Source of the DNA: Alphaproteobacteria bacterium
GTDB lineage: Bacteria > Pseudomonadota > Alphaproteobacteria > Rs-D84
Reading direction: 5' to 3'
DNA length: 40,814 nt
Assembly (NCBI GenBank): GCA_017451625.1
Contig: JAFTNY010000014.1
Location: 1 to 40,814, forward strand
Positions within the stretch are counted from its first letter, which is position 1. The number at the start of each line of letters is the position of its first letter. This document shows, piece after piece, positions 36,788 through 40,814 of the stretch. The notes under the pieces were generated by a model. That model saw only the letters and a list, made by a program, of their open reading frames with translations. It was not told the DNA's origin and made no database searches. The position numbers were made by a program, and so were the translations under genes.

Positions 36788-37348
36788 TTATTTTTCTAAT
36801 TTACCCCAACCGGCCTTGTATCCACCATCACGTTCCAGATAGATATTTGCACCATCTAACTGTGCCGCATTCAATCCCTGAATCATATAAGTTTGGTTCA
36901 AACGGCCACTATCACCTGTCTGCAACGTAGGCAGTTTTACATTCAACAACTTGGAATTATTACAGCATTTGGCATCATTATAGCACGATGCACATTGATA
37001 CATCTTGATTGTATATGGCACGCCGGCACGCATATCTTTCAAGTCTACTTCCATTTTCAACCCATTATCCGTTTCGCGGAATTTGATATGTCCCATTTTC
37101 GATTCGCCACCGCGACTGCTGTGCGTATACATTTTCGCATACAGATGATTAACATCTGCATTTTCATACGTCTGATACACAACAATCGTATCAGATTCTA
37201 CAACCTCGACCGGTTGTGCATATCGTGCTGGCTGTTTTTGATGATGCATTGCCTTTTTATTTGGGCACCCCATCATACATCCTGACAACAATACCGCCGC
37301 ACCCAATACAGATGCAAACAAGAACATTTTTTTTGCTACGTTTTTCAT
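36788..37348 (-). CDS. Lipoprotein with Cu/Zn-SOD-like fold, metal ligands apparently missing
   Basis: Lipobox LSG-C; GHIKFRETDNGLKMEVDL, LPTL and LDGANIYL resemble SodC strands, but the His-rich motif is replaced by PYTIKMYQ. Confidence 0.55.
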   Translation of the reverse strand: MKNVAKKMFLFASVLGAAVLLSGCMMGCPNKKAMHHQKQPARYAQPVEVVESDTIVVYQTYENADVNHLYAKMYTHSSRGGESKMGHIKFRETDNGLKMEVDLKDMRAGVPYTIKMYQCASCYNDAKCCNNSKLLNVKLPTLQTGDSGRLNQTYMIQGLNAAQLDGANIYLERDGGYKAGWGKLEK

Positions 37349-37541
37349 ATTAAGGTCTCCTTTTGTTTCCTTATGGTTACACCAATCAGTCTACTATAAT
37401 TCCATCCCATTTACCCTAGGTTTGATTACCTAAAAATCACAGCAAATCCGCCGTATAGCACCCCGAAATCAATCCTATGACATTGATAAAACTATTCTGA
37501 TAAACATCTATTATCCAAACATAAAAAACAAAGGATAAAAA

Positions 37542-37898
37542 ATGTATGAATTGATTCAACACCTAGTTGCATTTAAATACGCATGCAAGATAAACCACTG
37601 GTCCACAGACAACTATTCCATGCACCTGTTATTCGATCGCCTGACAGCGGATATCGACACATGGGTTGATGCCATCGCCGAAACCTACTTTATGGCAGAC
37701 GACAATAAAAAAGTCTTTAAGCCAGACATCTTAAACCCAAAATACGTCAACCGCGATTTGGTCAAAATGTGCATAACAATAATTTCACACCTTGAAGAAT
37801 TACAAAACGACGACGAAACAAACGAAGGTCTAAATTCACTATTAAGTGGCATCGAAGAAGGTTTCTTGAACAAACTGGCACTGGCAAAACTAACCTAA
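37542..37898 (+). CDS. Small ferritin/Dps-like four-helix protein
   Basis: KINHWSTDNYSMHLLFDRL...DAIAETY resembles the Dps HW..H..D...E ligand pattern; AAGGA RBS. Confidence 0.7.
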   Translation: MYELIQHLVAFKYACKINHWSTDNYSMHLLFDRLTADIDTWVDAIAETYFMADDNKKVFKPDILNPKYVNRDLVKMCITIISHLEELQNDDETNEGLNSLLSGIEEGFLNKLALAKLT

Positions 37899-37934
37899 AA
37901 AAAACACCCCGCAAACATGCGGGGATTATTTTTT
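37897..37934. terminator. Bidirectional intrinsic terminator
   Basis: A-tract, CCCCGCA-AACA-TGCGGGG, T-tract. Confidence 0.8.
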
Positions 37935-38061
37935 ATTTTGCAACATTTGGCACAGAACGATACATCTGATACCGTCCCAACACCGCACAAACGAATCGAT
38001 ACGCAATTTCCACACGCAAAATCAATGCCACAATATAATTTCGTGGATATATATTTGCCAT
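37933..38061 (-). CDS. Possible 42-aa small protein
   Basis: Manual translation MANIYPRNYIVALILRVEIAYRFVCAVLGRYQMYRSVPNVAK; GGGGT RBS-like sequence; ends at the terminator. Confidence 0.35.
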   Translation of the reverse strand: MANIYPRNYIVALILRVEIAYRFVCAVLGRYQMYRSVPNVAK

Positions 38062-38075
38062 TTTTTACCCCCATC

Positions 38076-38118
38076 AAAAAACAGTGTCTGCAACCGAACT
38101 TATGTATTGCAGACACTG
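38076..38118 (-). terminator. Strong minus-strand terminator or attenuator
   Basis: 12-bp perfect stem CAGTGTCTGCAA/TTGCAGACACTG followed by T6 on the minus strand. Confidence 0.75.
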
Positions 38119-38185
38119 CGCGTTGTTATCTTGTTGTCATTAAAAATGCTGGGGCATTATATAAATTTAAAAATTTGGTCAAATT

Positions 38186-38213
38186 AAAAATCCCCCTGTA
38201 TGGGGGACTTTTT
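38186..38213 (-). terminator. Terminator of the OMP gene
   Basis: AAAAATCCCCC-TGTAT-GGGGGACTTTTT. Confidence 0.8.
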
Positions 38214-38217
38214 ATAT

Positions 38218-38835
38218 TTAGAACATAAATCTGATACCGACATCACCGCCAAAGTTATGCAACCCCGACTGAATATCGATATAGGTATAACGTGCCGCCA
38301 AATCGACAGCAAAGCGTTCCATATCAAACGTTACACCCAACGTTCCCATACCAGAGAAGCGTGTTTTACTTTCGCTGTGATGTGGGACCAAATCGCCATG
38401 ACGTTTAACATCTGTGAATGCAACACCGGCCCCCAACCCCATAAATGGACGAACGATTTTATATTCACCAAATTCCCAATATGAATTCCACAACAGTGTC
38501 TGTGTCTTGGCCTCTACATCAATACCGCCAACACCTGCGCCAAAGTTTTCTTGGTCAGACATCTTGCCGAAATAAGACCATTCAATTTCCGAACGAACCT
38601 TATCACAAACTTCCAACCCCAACGCCGCGCGTCCTTGGAAGATATAATCGGTCATAGATTCTTTATTACCTTCGTACTTATAGTTCAGGTTGGTATAACT
38701 CATACCGCCACGCAGACCGATATATGGATCCATACCCCACATCTGCCACGAACTGCCCTGATTTGGGTTATTCATACCTGCGAATGCAGGACACGCCATC
38801 AGCACAGCCAGTGTTGATATTGCTAACTTTTTCAT
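38218..38835 (-). CDS. Small outer-membrane beta-barrel protein (OmpA-TM/Opa-like)
   Basis: Signal peptide (AFA), PYIGLRGG, VRSEIEWSY, RPFMGLGAG, VDLAARY, C-terminal IRFMF. Confidence 0.88.
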   Translation of the reverse strand: MKKLAISTLAVLMACPAFAGMNNPNQGSSWQMWGMDPYIGLRGGMSYTNLNYKYEGNKESMTDYIFQGRAALGLEVCDKVRSEIEWSYFGKMSDQENFGAGVGGIDVEAKTQTLLWNSYWEFGEYKIVRPFMGLGAGVAFTDVKRHGDLVPHHSESKTRFSGMGTLGVTFDMERFAVDLAARYTYIDIQSGLHNFGGDVGIRFMF

Positions 38836-38991
38836 TTTCTCTCCTTTTTGTGTTTTTTGTTTATGTCAAAGTTTCATGTCAACACTTTGATTCTATCAAG
38901 GCCGCACCAATATTTGCATAGGTATGAATTCCAACCCCCAAACCGATTCGTTTTTACATAAAAAAACAACCGCATTTGCGGTTGCTATTCA

Positions 38992-39067
38992 TGGTGGACG
39001 CGCAGGGACTCGAACCCTGGACCCACTGATTAAGAGTCAGTTGCTCTACCAACTGAGCTACGCATCC
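38992..39067 (-). tRNA. tRNA-Lys (CTT)
   Basis: GGATGCGTAGCTCAGTTGGTAGAGCAACTGACTCTTAATCAGTGGGTCCAGGGTTCGAGTCCCTGCGCGTCCACCA; 76 nt. Confidence 0.97.
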
Positions 39068-39131
39068 AAAACCGTATCTGTCAACAGAACGGCCCTAATT
39101 ATAGACATAAAATCCACAAAATGCAAGATTT

Positions 39132-40349
39132 TTATAACTCATCACATTGCACCGGTATACAACGCCGACGCAACGTTGTATTTTTGATTTCACCTATGGT
39201 CTGCGCACCCGCCAACCACATAACACGTTGCAGATCCTGTTTCAGGTAATCAAACACCGACACAACCCCACGCCATCCCCCCAACGCCAGTCCATAAATA
39301 ACTGGCCGCCCAATCGCCACAACATCTGCACCACTGGCAATGGCCTTAAAGATATGTTGTCCACGTCTAATTCCACTATCAAATATAATCGGCACACGTT
39401 TATTGACACGTGCCGCCACATCGGCCAGAACCTCGAACGATGCAGGCGCCCCATCCAACTGCCGTCCACCATGATTTGAAACCCATATTGCATCTGCACC
39501 GGCATTTATTGCCAAATCTGCATCATCTGGATGTTGAATACCCTTTACAATAACGGGCAACCGCGTCATAGATTTCACACGCATAATATCATATGGCGAC
39601 AAAACATTTTGCCCCGCCGCAAAGATTGCGCCAATCCCCTGTCCTTTGGTTTTACCACTTTTCTTGGCAACATTTGGCATTGCCAACGGAAACTTAAAAT
39701 TATTTCGCACATCACGCACCCGCTTTCCACCAATCGGCGCATCCACCGTCAGTATTATCGCGCTGTACCCCAAATCTTCGGCCCGCTTTACAATCTGTCT
39801 GTTAAACGCATCATCTTTACTTAAATACAGTTGGAACCATTGCGGTGCACCATCACCTGCCGCTGCAATTTCCGCCAACGTAGAACTGGCATAATTACTG
39901 ACACACATTATCGTCCCAGCCGCCGCCGCACCGCGGGCGGTTCCGGACTCGGCAGAAATATGCGCCAACCCATGTGCCGCCGCCGGTGCCACAATAACAG
40001 GCAACGCAATATTGGTCCCCAATATAGACGTTCGAACATCTGGCGTATCAACACCTGTCAAAACACGCGGATAAATATCAACCGCATCAAACGCCAATAT
40101 ATTTCGCCGCAGAACATTTTCTGTTTCTGCCCCACCACTGATATAGTCAAATCCACCCTTTGGAATAATCTGCGCGACCTGCGCTTCTAAATCATCTATA
40201 TCATAGATAACAATTTCTGTATTACGTGTTGATGCTTGATAGCCATTGCGTTCCACGCCACCACCAGACGACCGATTAAACCGTCCCACCATCCAAACAA
40301 TCAACAACACAACCAAGAAAACCGACAAAATAAAAATTATTCTTTTCAT
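39132..40349 (-). CDS. FMN-dependent alpha-hydroxy-acid oxidase (L-lactate oxidase-like) with N-terminal membrane anchor
   Basis: FDYISGGA, PQWFQLY, LTVD, VKG, VSNHGGRQLDG, DSGIRRG, IGRP; N-terminal MKRIIFILSVFLVVLLIVWMV. Confidence 0.9.
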   Translation of the reverse strand: MKRIIFILSVFLVVLLIVWMVGRFNRSSGGGVERNGYQASTRNTEIVIYDIDDLEAQVAQIIPKGGFDYISGGAETENVLRRNILAFDAVDIYPRVLTGVDTPDVRTSILGTNIALPVIVAPAAAHGLAHISAESGTARGAAAAGTIMCVSNYASSTLAEIAAAGDGAPQWFQLYLSKDDAFNRQIVKRAEDLGYSAIILTVDAPIGGKRVRDVRNNFKFPLAMPNVAKKSGKTKGQGIGAIFAAGQNVLSPYDIMRVKSMTRLPVIVKGIQHPDDADLAINAGADAIWVSNHGGRQLDGAPASFEVLADVAARVNKRVPIIFDSGIRRGQHIFKAIASGADVVAIGRPVIYGLALGGWRGVVSVFDYLKQDLQRVMWLAGAQTIGEIKNTTLRRRCIPVQCDEL

Positions 40350-40434
40350 GCGACTGCCCCCAATTAAAATTCAGTTTAACAGAACGCATAAAAAAATCTG
40401 ATTTGACAGTATTCCCAAACTGCCTACACGCTAA

Positions 40435-40814
40435 CTATTTCTTTAGATACGCAGACGGATCATACGCCTTGGTTCCCTTGCGAATTTCAAAGTGCAACTG
40501 GGGCGTATCAACCTTGCCCGTCTTGCCCACAGTTCCAATTTTCTGTCCCACATTGACACGCACACCACGACGCACCACCATCGAATCCATATGCGCATAA
40601 ACGGTCATCCATCCGCCATCATGCTGAATAATAATCAGGTTTCCCATACCCTTGACTTCATTACCTGCATACGCCACGACACCATTTTCTGCGGCCTTGA
40701 CCGCGGTGCCACGTGTTGCACTAATATTTATACCATCATTAAACAACCCACTTGACTTCGCGCCATAGTTCGACAAAATCTTGCCCCGCACTGGCCACGA
40801 AAATTTTGACGAAG
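40435..40814 (-). CDS. M23-family peptidase (NlpD-like), 5' part outside the window
   Basis: FSWPVRGKILS, NDGINI, GNLIIIQH, TVYAH, PQLHFEIRKG; first Zn-ligand motif degenerate as in NlpD. Confidence 0.9.
   Translation of the reverse strand, partial: SSKFSWPVRGKILSNYGAKSSGLFNDGINISATRGTAVKAAENGVVAYAGNEVKGMGNLIIIQHDGGWMTVYAHMDSMVVRRGVRVNVGQKIGTVGKTGKVDTPQLHFEIRKGTKAYDPSAYLKK

Noticed and set aside
37480-37515. Fur/Irr-like box upstream of the ferritin-like gene (TGATAAAACTATTCTGATAAAC)
   Set aside because: Only a weak match in AT-rich DNA; not supportable without a motif model.
38992-40349. Integrative element at tRNA-Lys or tRNA-Phe
   Set aside because: No integrase and no direct duplication of a tRNA 3' end was seen in the window.

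Overview
Bacterial chromosome segment from a deep-branching alphaproteobacterium with a compact gene layout. ParE, RpsT, AsmA, uvrC-pgsA and plsY/dprA are alphaproteobacterial in style. The ESGRSMIEML pilin and the Cys-rich exported proteins resemble gut lineages such as Rs-D84/RF32 (inference from memory, not a search). Housekeeping genes are ppa (partial), dnaN, an RluA-family synthase, uvrC, pgsA, dnaJ, parE, a divergent dnaA, dprA, plsY, rpsT, sufBC, ruvX, gatCAB, miaB, tRNA-Phe(GAA), tRNA-Lys(CTT) and a partial M23 peptidase. Accessory genes are interspersed: a CdaA-type diadenylate cyclase, dispersed type IVb pilus parts, several Cys-rich exported proteins, an autotransporter-like protein, an apparently metal-less SodC-like lipoprotein and a membrane-anchored lactate-oxidase-like enzyme. 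The strongest candidate for an undescribed system is a pair of paralogous Cys-rich exported proteins 20 kb apart (805-1656 +, 20862-21491 -) with divergent N-termini and a conserved C-terminal module. Each is transcribed from a sigma70-type promoter through a ~220-250 nt leader with the same element order: 5' hairpin, target loop, first terminator-like hairpin, switch hairpin, stem-closed unit carrying antisense segments, terminator, RBS. The architecture resembles phage P1/P7 C4 and P4 CI antisense immunity RNAs, but the pairing sequences are private to each gene and no phage genes are nearby. A palindromic repeat family occurs at two intergenic sites. No CRISPR array, transposase, integrase or rRNA was seen.
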